DNA of 24,000 bases from Sulfurifustis variabilis (GTDB lineage: Bacteria; Pseudomonadota; Gammaproteobacteria; Acidiferrobacterales; Sulfurifustaceae), in NCBI RefSeq assembly GCF_002355415.1, contig NZ_AP014936.1, forward strand, positions 3,317,126 through 3,341,125, given 5' to 3'. The notes under the pieces were generated by a model. It worked only from the letters and a program-made list of their open reading frames with translations, was not told the DNA's origin and ran no database searches. Positions 8,090 to 16,889 of the stretch are shown piece after piece. The number at the start of each line of letters is the position of its first letter. Positions within the stretch are counted from its first letter, which is position 1. The position numbers and the translations under genes are program-made.

Positions 8090-8245
8090 TTGAAGTTCCG
8101 CGTCGTCGTACACGCGGCGGAGGTCGGGGGCTACTGGGCGGAGATCCCGGCGTTTCCCGGCTTGGTCGCCGTCGGCGCCAGCTTGGACGAGATCAAGGAG
8201 AACGCGCGCCAAGCAGTGGTGAGCCAGGTGCTCAGGAGTGAATGA
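8090..8245 (+). CDS. HicB-like (UPF0150) antitoxin-fold mini-protein, TTG start
   Basis: Read by hand in a frame the ORF track does not list (51 codons): (TTG)KFRVVVHAAEVGGYWAEIPAFPGLVAVGASLDEIKENARQAVVSQVLRSE-TGA. This matches the HicB N-terminal pattern MKF.V.i....gGY.aevPelPGc.tqG.tldE..eN.keAi. There is no in-frame ATG and the protein is shorter than usual. Confidence 0.5.
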   Translation: MKFRVVVHAAEVGGYWAEIPAFPGLVAVGASLDEIKENARQAVVSQVLRSE

Positions 8246-8562
8246 GCTGATTATCGGGCTGCGCGATCCCACACTGCAGATTCTCGAGATTGAGCTGTGA
8301 CACGCCGGTTCTTCGTGCAAGCCCCGCTCTCGCCTGCGTCCGGATCCTGGCCCGGAAGCGCTCTCTCGCCGCCTACAGGTGCAGGACCGCGCCACATGGC
8401 GATGTCTTGCACCGCCGCCGGAGATCGATTCCAGCCGGAACGTCGTCGAATGAGCGGACGAACGCGTGGAAGTGAGACGCGGCGAGCCACCTTGCGGTCC
8501 GTCGCGTCTTCGGCGACCCGCGGGGCGAGCACGAATTCCTTCTCCTGCCGGGGCAAACGTCC

Positions 8563-8594
8563 AAAAAAGATGGGCCTCTTGGAAGAGGCCCATC
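8563..8594 (-). terminator. Rho-independent terminator downstream of the GGDEF-EAL gene
   Basis: Minus strand: GATGGGCCTCTT-cc-AAGAGGCCCATC (perfect 12-nt arms) followed directly by TTTTTTGG. It lies about 140 nt downstream of the stop at 8737. Confidence 0.65.
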
Positions 8595-8736
8595 AAGCAC
8601 AGTGTGGAACAGACAGGGAGAGATCTGTCCCCCACAGCGTGAAGTCTACCGAGCGCCCGCGGAGGCCTCAACTCGCAGCGCGCGTGTACCGAGCCGCGGG
8701 TTGCACGTGGGCCGTCGGCGCTCGGCACAGCGGTCC

Positions 8737-11517
8737 TTACGTCCTCTGTGAACCTCGCTTCCCGGTCACCGCCCCGCCTCTTTCCCGCATCCAGCCCGTG
8801 AGCTCCTCGAGAGCCAGGGGCCTGCCGAAATAGTAGCCCTGTGCCGCGTCACAGCGGAGCGCCTGGAGCTTTTTCCATATGTTTTCGTTCTCGACGCCCT
8901 CGGCCACGACCTTGAGCCCGAGTGCATGGGCCAGCGAGATGATCGAGCGCACGATCGTCGCCGAGTCCTTGCTCATGAGCATGTCCAGAACGAAGGACTT
9001 GTCGATCTTGATGGCGTCCACGGGCAACTTCTTCAGGTAACCGAGCGAGGAGTACCCGGTCCCGAAATCGTCGATGTAGAGCGGAATGCCGAGCTTGTGG
9101 AGTCGCGTGACGAGGGCCAGAGCGCGCGCCGGATCGGCCATGATCATGCTCTCCGTGATTTCGAGCTCGAGCAGCCCCTTCTTGATGCCCCACTTCGCGC
9201 ACAACGCCTTGATCTTGTCCGGAAGCGTTGCATCGAGCAGGTTGCGCGCCGACAGGTTGACGGCCACGGGCAGGCGCATCCCGTCTTCCTGCCAGGCGTG
9301 GACCTGGCGTATGGCGGTCTCGAGCACCCACTCGGTCAACGGCGCGATCAGGCCGGTCTGCTCCGCGAGAGTAATGAATTCATCGGGCCGGATCATGCCC
9401 TGCTGTGGGTGGCGCCAGCGAGTCAGCGCCTCGACGCCGCAGGGCTTGGCCGTTCGGACGTCGACCTTCGGCTGATAGTAGAGCAGCAGGTTTCCGCGCT
9501 CGATCGCTTCGCGCAGATCGGCCGCAAGGGCCAGACGCCGGGCCGTGTTCTGGTCATGGGCCGGATCGTACAGCGCCCAGGCCGCGCCGGACTGCTTGGC
9601 GTGCTGCAACGCCATGTCCGCTGAGCGGACGAGCGCGTCCACCTCGCGGCCGTCCTCCGGATAGAGCGCTACCCCGATGCTGGTATCCAAGTCCAGCGAG
9701 AGCGACCCGATCGTGAAACGCTCATCGAGCGCCTCGCGAATGCGCGCCACAACTTGCTCGGCACACGCCACGCGGTCGCACGGCACGAACACGGCGAATT
9801 CGTCTCCGCGCATCCGGGCGATGAACTCGCTTGGCTTCAACACGGCGCACAGTCTTCCGGCGACGGCCTTCAGGAGCAGGTTCGCCTGCTGCATCCCCAG
9901 CGCTTCGTTGATTTCGCGGAACCGTGTGATGTCGATGAGGAGCAGCGCCGTCGGTGCGTCTTGATTGCTCACCTTTTCTCGAAAGTACTGCTGAAGCTGG
10001 GCGTGATTGGGAAGCTCGCTCAGCGTATCGAAGTAGGCCAGCCGCTCGATTATCGAGGTCGCCTGCTCGTGTCGTGCGCGGGTGCGCAGCGCGGCGATAC
10101 CGTACGAAAGGTCCTCCGCCATCTCTTCGAGCAGCCCCATCTCGTTCTCGTCGAACGCGTCCGGTTCCGCGGCGTAGATGGCGAGCGCGCCCATGGGCCG
10201 GCGGTCGACGATAAGTGGAAGCGCCGCGACGGCGGCGTAGCCGCGCGCAGCCGCCTCCTCTCGCCAAGGAGCGAAGTTCGGGTCCGTCAGGATTTCGCGC
10301 ATGACGGCGGGACGCCCGGTGCGAATCGCTCGACCGACCGGCCCACGGCCGCGCTCGGTGTCATCCCAGCGCACGTCCAGCCGATTCAGGGGCGAGAGGA
10401 TTCCCTCCTCGAGTCCCTCCTGGGCCATCGCACGCACCGTCTTCGTGTCGTCCTCTTGTGCGAACCCGACCCAGGCCATGCGGTAGCCGCCAACTCGCAC
10501 GACTGCCCGGCACATCGCCGCGAGCAGTTCCTGCTCGTCGTGGGCCCGGACGAGGGAGCGGTTGCCAGCACTCAACGTGCGCAGCGCCCGGTTGGAGCGC
10601 TCGAGTCCTTCGGCCATGGCGTCGAAAGCGCCCGCCAGGCGGGCGAGCTCGTCGCCTTCGTGCGGCAGGCCGGTGCGCGCGCCGAGCTCGCCGCGGCCGA
10701 GGCGACCGGCCGCATTCACGAGGGCGTTCACGCGCCGCAGGACAAACAGGCTCGTCCCGACCCAGGCCGCCACCAGTGCGAGCGCTGCAAGGCCGAGCAG
10801 CGCGAGATTGCCGGTGAGCACCTTCTCCACTCGAGCGTAAACGAATTCCGTGGGAATGCCCGCGATGACGTGCACGGTGCCGTCGGCGTGACCGTGCAGG
10901 CGGCCATGGGCCGTGAGCCGGGAGACTCCGTCGGGGCCCGTAAACACACCGGCGCCTTCGCGCTCGGCGAACAGGGCGTCCCGGAGAGCGGGGTCGATGA
11001 GTTCGTTTCCTACTCGATCGCCCGCGGACTTAGGCTGGTAGGCGAGCACCGTCCCCCGATGATCCACGACGGCGAGTGTGGAGCCCGGTGGGAGGTCGAT
11101 GCGTGCGAGCAGCTGGTCGAACCACGAGAGATCGAGGGCCGCATAAACGACCGCCTTGGCGGTGTCACTGGCGTCCCGTACGGGGTAGCCCATGTTGATG
11201 GCGCTCTTGCCGGTCAGCCTTCCGACTTGATACTCGCCGATGCTGAAGTCGTTGGTCTCGAGCGCCTGCCTGAAATAGCGCCGGTCGGCGATGCTCACCC
11301 CCTGCTTCAAGGGTGCGGCGCTGCAGTAGATGTGACCCTCGGCATCGGCCACCCCGATATTGGTGTAGTAAGGATGAAGCCTGAGGGTGTTTGCGAGGAA
11401 CCGCCGGCATCGTTCCGTCCGTGCGCGGTCGGGGACCGTCGGATGGCCGGCGAGGCCGGCAAGCAGCTGGCGCGACTGCGCGACGAGGAATTCCTGCTCC
11501 CGGATCACGAGATGCAC
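8737..11517 (-). CDS. membrane sensor: Cache-like periplasmic domain, HAMP, GAF, degenerate GGDEF (RGDEF) and EAL c-di-GMP phosphodiesterase. The contiguous ORF is given; the true 5' end is probably at 11666 across a frameshift
   Basis: 926-aa ORF starting at a GTG. TM2 is NLALLGLAALALVAAWVGTSLFVL. HAMP reads RRVNALVNAAGRLGRGELG...FDAMAEGL. GAF reads YRMAWVGFAQ...GRAIRTGRPAV...ALPLIVDRRPMGALAIYA. The GGDEF domain has ARMRGDEFAVF. The EAL domain has QPKV, VEALTRW, NLSA, ELEITE, DDFGTGYSSL, KIDKSF, EGVE and QGYYFGRP. Confidence 0.9.
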   Translation of the reverse strand: MHLVIREQEFLVAQSRQLLAGLAGHPTVPDRARTERCRRFLANTLRLHPYYTNIGVADAEGHIYCSAAPLKQGVSIADRRYFRQALETNDFSIGEYQVGRLTGKSAINMGYPVRDASDTAKAVVYAALDLSWFDQLLARIDLPPGSTLAVVDHRGTVLAYQPKSAGDRVGNELIDPALRDALFAEREGAGVFTGPDGVSRLTAHGRLHGHADGTVHVIAGIPTEFVYARVEKVLTGNLALLGLAALALVAAWVGTSLFVLRRVNALVNAAGRLGRGELGARTGLPHEGDELARLAGAFDAMAEGLERSNRALRTLSAGNRSLVRAHDEQELLAAMCRAVVRVGGYRMAWVGFAQEDDTKTVRAMAQEGLEEGILSPLNRLDVRWDDTERGRGPVGRAIRTGRPAVMREILTDPNFAPWREEAAARGYAAVAALPLIVDRRPMGALAIYAAEPDAFDENEMGLLEEMAEDLSYGIAALRTRARHEQATSIIERLAYFDTLSELPNHAQLQQYFREKVSNQDAPTALLLIDITRFREINEALGMQQANLLLKAVAGRLCAVLKPSEFIARMRGDEFAVFVPCDRVACAEQVVARIREALDERFTIGSLSLDLDTSIGVALYPEDGREVDALVRSADMALQHAKQSGAAWALYDPAHDQNTARRLALAADLREAIERGNLLLYYQPKVDVRTAKPCGVEALTRWRHPQQGMIRPDEFITLAEQTGLIAPLTEWVLETAIRQVHAWQEDGMRLPVAVNLSARNLLDATLPDKIKALCAKWGIKKGLLELEITESMIMADPARALALVTRLHKLGIPLYIDDFGTGYSSLGYLKKLPVDAIKIDKSFVLDMLMSKDSATIVRSIISLAHALGLKVVAEGVENENIWKKLQALRCDAAQGYYFGRPLALEELTGWMRERGGAVTGKRGSQRT

Positions 11518-11793
11518 CAGGTTGCGCGCCTCGCGTTCCGCTTCAACGGCCGCCGCCTGCCGCTCGACGAGAGCGGTATAAAGGATGATGACGAGCGCGG
11601 GAAGCGCCCCAGCAGCACCAGCAAGAATAACCGGCCTCGCAGGCTCAAAGCCGTCGAGCCTTGCATCACAACTCCCCTTTTCTGCGTCTCGATAGGTAGT
11701 TACATAGCAAAATTAACAGTGAAGGGAAGTTCTCCCACTCATCGTGCGCTTACCGACCGAGCACCGGCTTCTGACCGGCGAGGAAGACCGGAG

Positions 11794-12114
11794 CTAAGCG
11801 TGTGATGTCCCCCGGAAAATCGAGTACAACCGATGCAGGCGCTCGATGACGGCCTCAGCGTGGCCCCCTCGTACGGAAGTTTGGTCGCCTGGCGGCTGGG
11901 ACAGGATCGCTTCGATATCCTTTATTAGGGTCTCCAGGTCCCTTCGGAGCCGGGCAGGAACCTCTATCGTGATGTCGATCGTCGCAAGGATCTTGTGAGC
12001 CGCTGCGAGACGCTCAATAGCGGGTCCCGGAGCGAGGACTGACGCCAACGCCGCTTCTCTCAACTTTCGAAGTCCCGTGGTTTCACCGACCATGTCAAAA
12101 AAGCGCAATGGCAA
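11794..12114 (-). CDS. hypothetical protein
   Basis: 106-aa ORF (TTG start; alternative ATG at 12093, MVGETTG...) in a patch of lower GC. The composition is helical and non-Arg-biased. No recognised motif. Confidence 0.35.
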   Translation of the reverse strand: MPLRFFDMVGETTGLRKLREAALASVLAPGPAIERLAAAHKILATIDITIEVPARLRRDLETLIKDIEAILSQPPGDQTSVRGGHAEAVIERLHRLYSIFRGTSHA

Positions 12115-12613
12115 TGAACCGGCGCGCTACCTCGCGTTCAGCGTTTCGACTCAAAGATGCAGCAACGGCGCGAAGACTTCATGACGGTGCGAATTCGTGC
12201 CTCGGGAACTGGTCGCATTAAGTGGCCTAGCGAACCCCAACGACTTGGAAGACCAGACGGCTCGAATCAGCATCGCTCTTCTGTCACAGCGATGCAGGAG
12301 CGGTCGCCCAACTCAGAGGCCGTTTCTATCTTGGGGTACGGTTCAGCCGATTCGCTGAGTTGCAGCAAAAACTAAGCCAGCCGTCGCAGCATTTTGGCGA
12401 AGTGTGGACTATTGGTATCGCTGTTTTCGTGGCAGGGGATATCGGGATTTGGCAGCTCCTTTGGCGCGAAAACCGCATTGCCAGAAAGTACGCCCGGGGT
12501 TAAGTACCCCCGACACCAGCCTGCCGGTTCCCGCAACAGTGCGCTTCGGCAGCCGCCCGCCATGCTCGGAAATTAGGTTGTGGGCTACGCACGCCGCATC
12601 CAGAGCCCTCTCC

Positions 12614-12940
12614 TCACAGCGCCGAGTGCGGGATCGGCACGTGGCGGTAAAAGACGAGTACCCAGTCGAACGCCGGGATGTGCCACGCGCTGTCGCGCAG
12701 CGGTGTGGCGGCGCGCAGATTAGCGAGGGTGAGCGTGTATTCCTCGGGGTCCACGGTGTCGAGTTCGCGCAGGATCAGCGTGATCTCGTCGTCGGACCAA
12801 TCGTCTTGGCCGCCCAGCGGCAACAGGCAGGTAACGCTGTAGTGGTAGCGGCGATCGCCATGCTCGCGCATCGCGCCATGCGCTTCGCGCAGCGTCGCGA
12901 AGACGCTCGCTGCGCCGGTCTGCTCCGTAGGGTTCCCCAT
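12614..12940 (-). CDS. hypothetical protein
   Basis: 108-aa ORF with an acidic, protein-like composition (DDWSDDEITLILRELDTVDPEEYTLTLANL). AAAGGA lies about 10 nt upstream of the ATG. The overlapping ORFs in other frames are Arg-rich shadows. Confidence 0.45.
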   Translation of the reverse strand: MGNPTEQTGAASVFATLREAHGAMREHGDRRYHYSVTCLLPLGGQDDWSDDEITLILRELDTVDPEEYTLTLANLRAATPLRDSAWHIPAFDWVLVFYRHVPIPHSAL

Positions 12941-13279
12941 GCGTGATAGTCCTTTGCCACGGGCGCACGGTATTCTTCGGCAGGAGTTGCAAGACCTGTG
13001 CCCGATCGGGCCAGTGCACAGTGATGCATGTCTGTCTGCGACCGGCCAGGAGGAGCAAAGGGCGCACTACGCCGCCGCTGCGTGAGTTTGCCTTCCACGT
13101 GCGCATGCAACAAGAGGTCATCAGTGTGTTCGTCGGATGGTGGCCGAACTGGTAGAAGGTGCGCGTGTGCAGGGCACGGCGCCAAGGCGAATCATTGGGG
13201 CGCGCGAGGTGCGCAGCGAAGCGCGAGGTCGGCGCCCGACCGCGAATCGCTCGTCGTTCAGCGTTCGCTCGCTGACAAA

Positions 13280-13720
13280 TCATGAGCCCGAACGCGGGCG
13301 CGGCAGCCGCGCCTCGAGGTAGCGCAGCGCAAACGCGAGGATCAGGCTCTCCGAGAGCAGGCGCGCCGGCAGGTAGCGCACCGCCCCGCCCCACTGGCAG
13401 CGGACGTAGCCGTAGGGACGCACCGGGCGGCCGGCCACGGGCGGAAAGCCGCCGTGCCGCAGGATGACGCGGTAGACCGAGAGCTGCACGATGTCGTGAA
13501 GGTAGACGCAGGGCACGCGGCGCGTCTTCGAGTCGACCACGATGAGATCGCCGTTCAGCGCCTGGTAGACCTGGTCGGGCTGGCCACAGAGCGGCAGCGG
13601 GTAGCGTGTCCGGATCGGACACTCGGACAGCACGAGATCGGCCGTGCGCAGCTCCGCCGGCATGGCCTCGGCGCGCTGCCAGCGGCGGCGTCGCAGGTGG
13701 TGAATGATGGCCGCGATCAT
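13280..13720 (-). CDS. RecB/Cas4-like PD-(D/E)XK nuclease-fold protein
   Basis: 146 aa. Motif order is CGQPDQV (motif II Asp), LIVVDSKTR (D-x-K) and DIVQLSVYRVIL (QhxxY), as in RecB-family nucleases. It is last in a tightly packed three-gene operon. Confidence 0.65.
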   Translation of the reverse strand: MIAAIIHHLRRRRWQRAEAMPAELRTADLVLSECPIRTRYPLPLCGQPDQVYQALNGDLIVVDSKTRRVPCVYLHDIVQLSVYRVILRHGGFPPVAGRPVRPYGYVRCQWGGAVRYLPARLLSESLILAFALRYLEARLPRPRSGS

Positions 13721-13726
13721 CTTCTT

Positions 13727-13909
13727 TCAGCGGAAGCGCCGCGCACGGCGATGGTGTTCCTGGTGATCGGCGCGGCCGCGGGCAGCGGCCGTGTTACGCG
13801 CCGGCAAGTCGGCCGACAGGCCCTGGCGAGCGCGGCCTGCCACGAAATCAGCAAGCGCGGTGGCGCTGATGTACGCCGCGTCCGGCCTGGGTGGCTGACG
13901 CGTCTTCAT
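13727..13909 (-). CDS. small hypothetical protein (60 aa), translationally coupled
   Basis: The internal ATG of ORF 13727..13975 overlaps the DUF1173 stop as ATGA, with a GGAGGG RBS inside the upstream gene. It reads MKTRQPPRPDAAYISATALADFVAGRARQG... and ends 6 nt before the nuclease ATG. Confidence 0.35.
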   Translation of the reverse strand: MKTRQPPRPDAAYISATALADFVAGRARQGLSADLPARNTAAARGRADHQEHHRRARRFR

Positions 13910-15180
13910 GTGACCCTCCCCTGCGCCGGCGGCAGCGGGGGCGGCTGCGGCGTTGCCTGCGGATCCCACCACCACAGCGCTTGCCCGAGTTGCTCGTAGC
14001 GCGCCTGCTTCTGCCGCCAGCGCTCGGCATAGACTGCGTGATTCATCATGCCGAGGACCTCGAGGTGCATGCGGTCCGCACGATCCTCCAAGATCACGTC
14101 CGGCAACAGTCTGTCACCCTGCTCCTCGATCGCGAGCGGCTTGCGGAACGTGCGCTGGGTGGCCAGGAGCGAGCGCACGAGCTGGCGTTCGTGTCCGGAA
14201 TCGACCGGGATCCAGCTCGAGCCGTCGGATAGAGGCAGCGCCGCAAAATCGCGAACGTCGAGGCGGATTTCCCGCGCCGCATCGGTTCGCTCGACGCGGG
14301 CGATAAAGGCGATCGGGTGCTCGGGGGTGAACGCGTCCTGCGGGGCCATGTCGAGCCAGACGTCGGCGTACTGCTCCCAGGCCTTGGCGGCGACGTGGAG
14401 CGGCAGCGGAAAGTGGGCGCACTTGAGGATGAAGCTCCCGTCCTGCCGCTCGACGTGTTTCACGATGCCGACGAGGTAGCCGTACCACTGGCGGCCGTTC
14501 TTTGGATTCTGCGTTAGGTTCGAGAGCCACCGGTCTCGCCCGGCACGAAGTTCCTCCTCGCGGTCCGGATGATACGGGGGCGGGACGTAGAGCAGCGGCG
14601 CCAGATCGTGGGCGCGCAGCTGCAGGGTCGCGGCCACCTCGCGCAGGCGATGACTCACGACGCCGTAGTGGCGCTTGCGCGCGAACGCCGGGCGCCAGAT
14701 GTTGAGCTCGGCCTGCGACCAGAGGACCTCGAGCAGCGAGCGCAGCCTACCGCGCGGCGCGGGAGCACGCAGCCGGCCGCTTTTCGGCTCGTCGTCCGTA
14801 TCTCCTGCGCCGGCCGCGGACGACGCCCGGTAGAGCGGTGCGGCGAGATTCAGGTTGATGCGGTCGCCGCGGATCTCGACGACCGGCGGGCCGGCGGCGT
14901 CGCCGGAAGCCTCGGCCTGCTGCTCCACCATGCGATGCGGGCAACCGAGCGCGTGTCGGGCAGGGTCGCTTCGCTGCAGCGGATAGAGGTAGTACGTGTC
15001 GTGCGGCACGCTGCGGTGCCCTACTCCCATCGGGATACCCTCGCTTCGGCATAGACAGAGCACGTCGCCGGCCTTGCCGTGGCTCGGCCCCAAGTAATGC
15101 GCGCGATGCTCGCGCGAGCGCTCGATCTCGCTCAGCGCGATGCGCCGCCTATCGGGCAGTTCGATCAGCGGGGTCGGCAT
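13906..15180 (-). CDS. DUF1173-like protein
   Basis: 424 aa. The N-terminal Cys/His cluster (DVLCLCRSEGIPMGV...HALGCPH) is the pattern I recall for DUF1173. The C-terminal LLPDVILEDRADRMHLEVLGMMNHAVYAERWRQKQARY resembles a Vsr/DUF559-style endonuclease core (PD..n..EV.G). Assignment is from memory of the family and not from a search. Confidence 0.65.
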   Translation of the reverse strand: MPTPLIELPDRRRIALSEIERSREHRAHYLGPSHGKAGDVLCLCRSEGIPMGVGHRSVPHDTYYLYPLQRSDPARHALGCPHRMVEQQAEASGDAAGPPVVEIRGDRINLNLAAPLYRASSAAGAGDTDDEPKSGRLRAPAPRGRLRSLLEVLWSQAELNIWRPAFARKRHYGVVSHRLREVAATLQLRAHDLAPLLYVPPPYHPDREEELRAGRDRWLSNLTQNPKNGRQWYGYLVGIVKHVERQDGSFILKCAHFPLPLHVAAKAWEQYADVWLDMAPQDAFTPEHPIAFIARVERTDAAREIRLDVRDFAALPLSDGSSWIPVDSGHERQLVRSLLATQRTFRKPLAIEEQGDRLLPDVILEDRADRMHLEVLGMMNHAVYAERWRQKQARYEQLGQALWWWDPQATPQPPPLPPAQGRVT

Positions 15181-15688
15181 GGCCTCGTATCCTTTCGGGA
15201 GCGCACACGCACGGTGCGGGCGTGTATCGGGCGAGCTTGTCCTTGCTGGTTATGAACCGCGCGAGTGCGGGCGCCGCAGACACGCACTCGACACGACGCT
15301 CGGCGATGGCGAGCTCCCGCGCGACGCGCGCCTGGGCGGGCAGCAACGGGCGCCAGCCTTGCTCGATCAGCACCGGCGCCGTCTCCTGTCCGAACTCGCG
15401 CAGGTAGCGCCACGGGTCGCTCAGAAAGAGCTCGAAGGAGATCTCGGCCCGAAGGCCGCAGGCCTGGTAGATGTCGGCCCAGTGGTCGATGACGGCGTCA
15501 TTCAGCATCGGCGCTACTCCGAGTGTGTGCACACCTCCAACATGCCATGCGTTTTCAAATTGCAAGGGATCACCGGTGGACCCGAGTACGGCGCGATGCG
15601 CGGCCGCGCGGACTCGGCGTCGGTGTACGACGCCGAGTCCCACCCCGTCGGACACGGACAACGCGCACTCACGCTTTGCCGCCTGCAA
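15149..15688 (-). CDS. hypothetical protein (start uncertain)
   Basis: 179-aa ORF from a TTG. A likelier ATG at 15508 gives MLNDAVIDHWADIYQACGLRAEISFELFLSDPWRYLREFGQE... The 3' end overlaps the DUF1173 start by 32 nt. No family recognised. Confidence 0.4.
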   Translation of the reverse strand: MQAAKRECALSVSDGVGLGVVHRRRVRAAAHRAVLGSTGDPLQFENAWHVGGVHTLGVAPMLNDAVIDHWADIYQACGLRAEISFELFLSDPWRYLREFGQETAPVLIEQGWRPLLPAQARVARELAIAERRVECVSAAPALARFITSKDKLARYTPAPCVCAPERIRGHADPADRTAR

Positions 15689-15779
15689 ACTTGCATTTTC
15701 TGGATCGCCCGTATGCTGAGGTCATTTCAACGGGGGACCGACCGTGCCTGAGCGTAAGCATGCCGAGGCGATGAAGCCC

Positions 15780-16889
15780 TTATCCTATTTCCTTGCTAAA
15801 GCTCTCGCCGAGATCGCCTCCCGCGACGCCCGCCGGCGCCTCAACCGGCGACGACGTAACGTCCGTCGTCTCCGCGGCTGACGGCGTGCTTCGGCTCGGT
15901 TTGCGGCTTCTCAGCAGCGGTCCGAGATAGGCGCTCGCAATCTGCGGGCGCGAATGCCCGAGATGTTCCGCGACGATCTGACGCGCCAGGCGTTCATCGG
16001 CCGGGTCAACGGAGGCCGTGTCGCCGCCGTAGACCGGCGCGTCCACGCCCAGGATGCTCTTGTAGATCGCGTTGGCCTCCTCGTGGCGAAGCCCGTGCGC
16101 CACGATCCCGGTGGTGCGCGCGATGCCGCAGTCGCGGCATACCCGGTAGTAGTGGGTCTTCCAGGCTTTCAGCGACTGCGCGTCAGGAATCAGCGACCCC
16201 GTGGAGGTGTTCGCCCAACGCTTTGCGATATCCAGAATGTGTCGCTGGGCAGGATTCTCGATCGGCACCGTCCGATCCCGACCTCCCTTGGCGCCCCAGT
16301 TGACGGCGAGATGCGTCCCCTGGTCGGCGAGCCTCGGGTGCAGCAGCCAGGCCTCCCGGGCCCGCAGGCCGAACACCCGCTGCAGCGCGAGCTGAAGGGC
16401 CACGAGCTTATCGAGCTTGGCGATCTCGGCGAGCTTTTGTTCGACATCAATACCGAGACCGCTCCAGCCCTTGGGCTTTTGCGCGACGTAGGACCGCTCG
16501 GCAGCGGCCGGATCGGCGAGGTACTGCCCCGCGCGGGCGACCATGCCGTGCTTCCCGACCCAGGTCGCGAAGACCCGAAACACCGAAAACCGCCGCTGGA
16601 TCTCGGCAGCCGAGAGTCTCTGCTCCTCCCAGTGGCGCGCCAACACCTGCATGTGGCGGTTTCCGAAACCGGCCGGGTCGCGCAGCTTGTAGCCGAGCTC
16701 GTGTAATGCGAGGAATCCCTGCCTGAGGATCTGCCCGCGGGCCGTTGCCGTGGCGTCGCTGCAGCGCTTCGCGAAGCGACCGTGGCGGTGGTTGTGCTCG
16801 CGCAAGAGTTGAGTGAGCCGATACAGCAGCTCGCTCTTCGCCGAGCGGCGGCTACCGCGGCTCGGGTTCTTCGTGTTCGTCGTTGGCAT
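15780..16889 (-). CDS. tyrosine recombinase, Integrase_1-like (second recombinase of the element)
   Basis: ORF 15780..16985. The start is chosen at ATG 16889 (GGAGGA 6 nt upstream, MPTTNTKNPSRG...). Candidate catalytic residues are GLRAREAWLL (Arg), AHGLRHEEA (H-x-x-R) and HLGHSRPQIASAYLG (His...Tyr). Confidence 0.75.
   Translation of the reverse strand: MPTTNTKNPSRGSRRSAKSELLYRLTQLLREHNHRHGRFAKRCSDATATARGQILRQGFLALHELGYKLRDPAGFGNRHMQVLARHWEEQRLSAAEIQRRFSVFRVFATWVGKHGMVARAGQYLADPAAAERSYVAQKPKGWSGLGIDVEQKLAEIAKLDKLVALQLALQRVFGLRAREAWLLHPRLADQGTHLAVNWGAKGGRDRTVPIENPAQRHILDIAKRWANTSTGSLIPDAQSLKAWKTHYYRVCRDCGIARTTGIVAHGLRHEEANAIYKSILGVDAPVYGGDTASVDPADERLARQIVAEHLGHSRPQIASAYLGPLLRSRKPSRSTPSAAETTDVTSSPVEAPAGVAGGDLGESFSKEIG

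Noticed and set aside
8048-8728. 226-aa minus-strand ORF and smaller ORFs at 8251..8600
   Set aside because: It is antisense to the HicB-like ORF at one end and crosses a strong terminator hairpin. A loose resemblance of pieces to ParE-type toxins (LAPRVAED..) was too weak and too frame-scattered to report.
9754-11805. 683-aa + strand ORF
   Set aside because: It is antisense to the GGDEF-EAL sensor, which has clear domain motifs. Its composition is Arg/Gly-rich with no motifs.
12578-12593. TTGTGGGCTACGCACG, loosely similar to the 3' end of the att fragment (TGGTGGGCCGTGCAGG)
   Set aside because: It matches 11 of 16 positions with no extension, which is within chance for this composition.
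12720-13622. 300-aa minus-strand ORF, including an ATG at 13283 that overlaps the nuclease stop as ATGA
   Set aside because: The sequence is Arg-rich and out of frame with two better ORFs that it overlaps (13280..13720 and 12614..12940). An ATGA overlap needs only an A before a TGA stop, so it is not evidence on its own.
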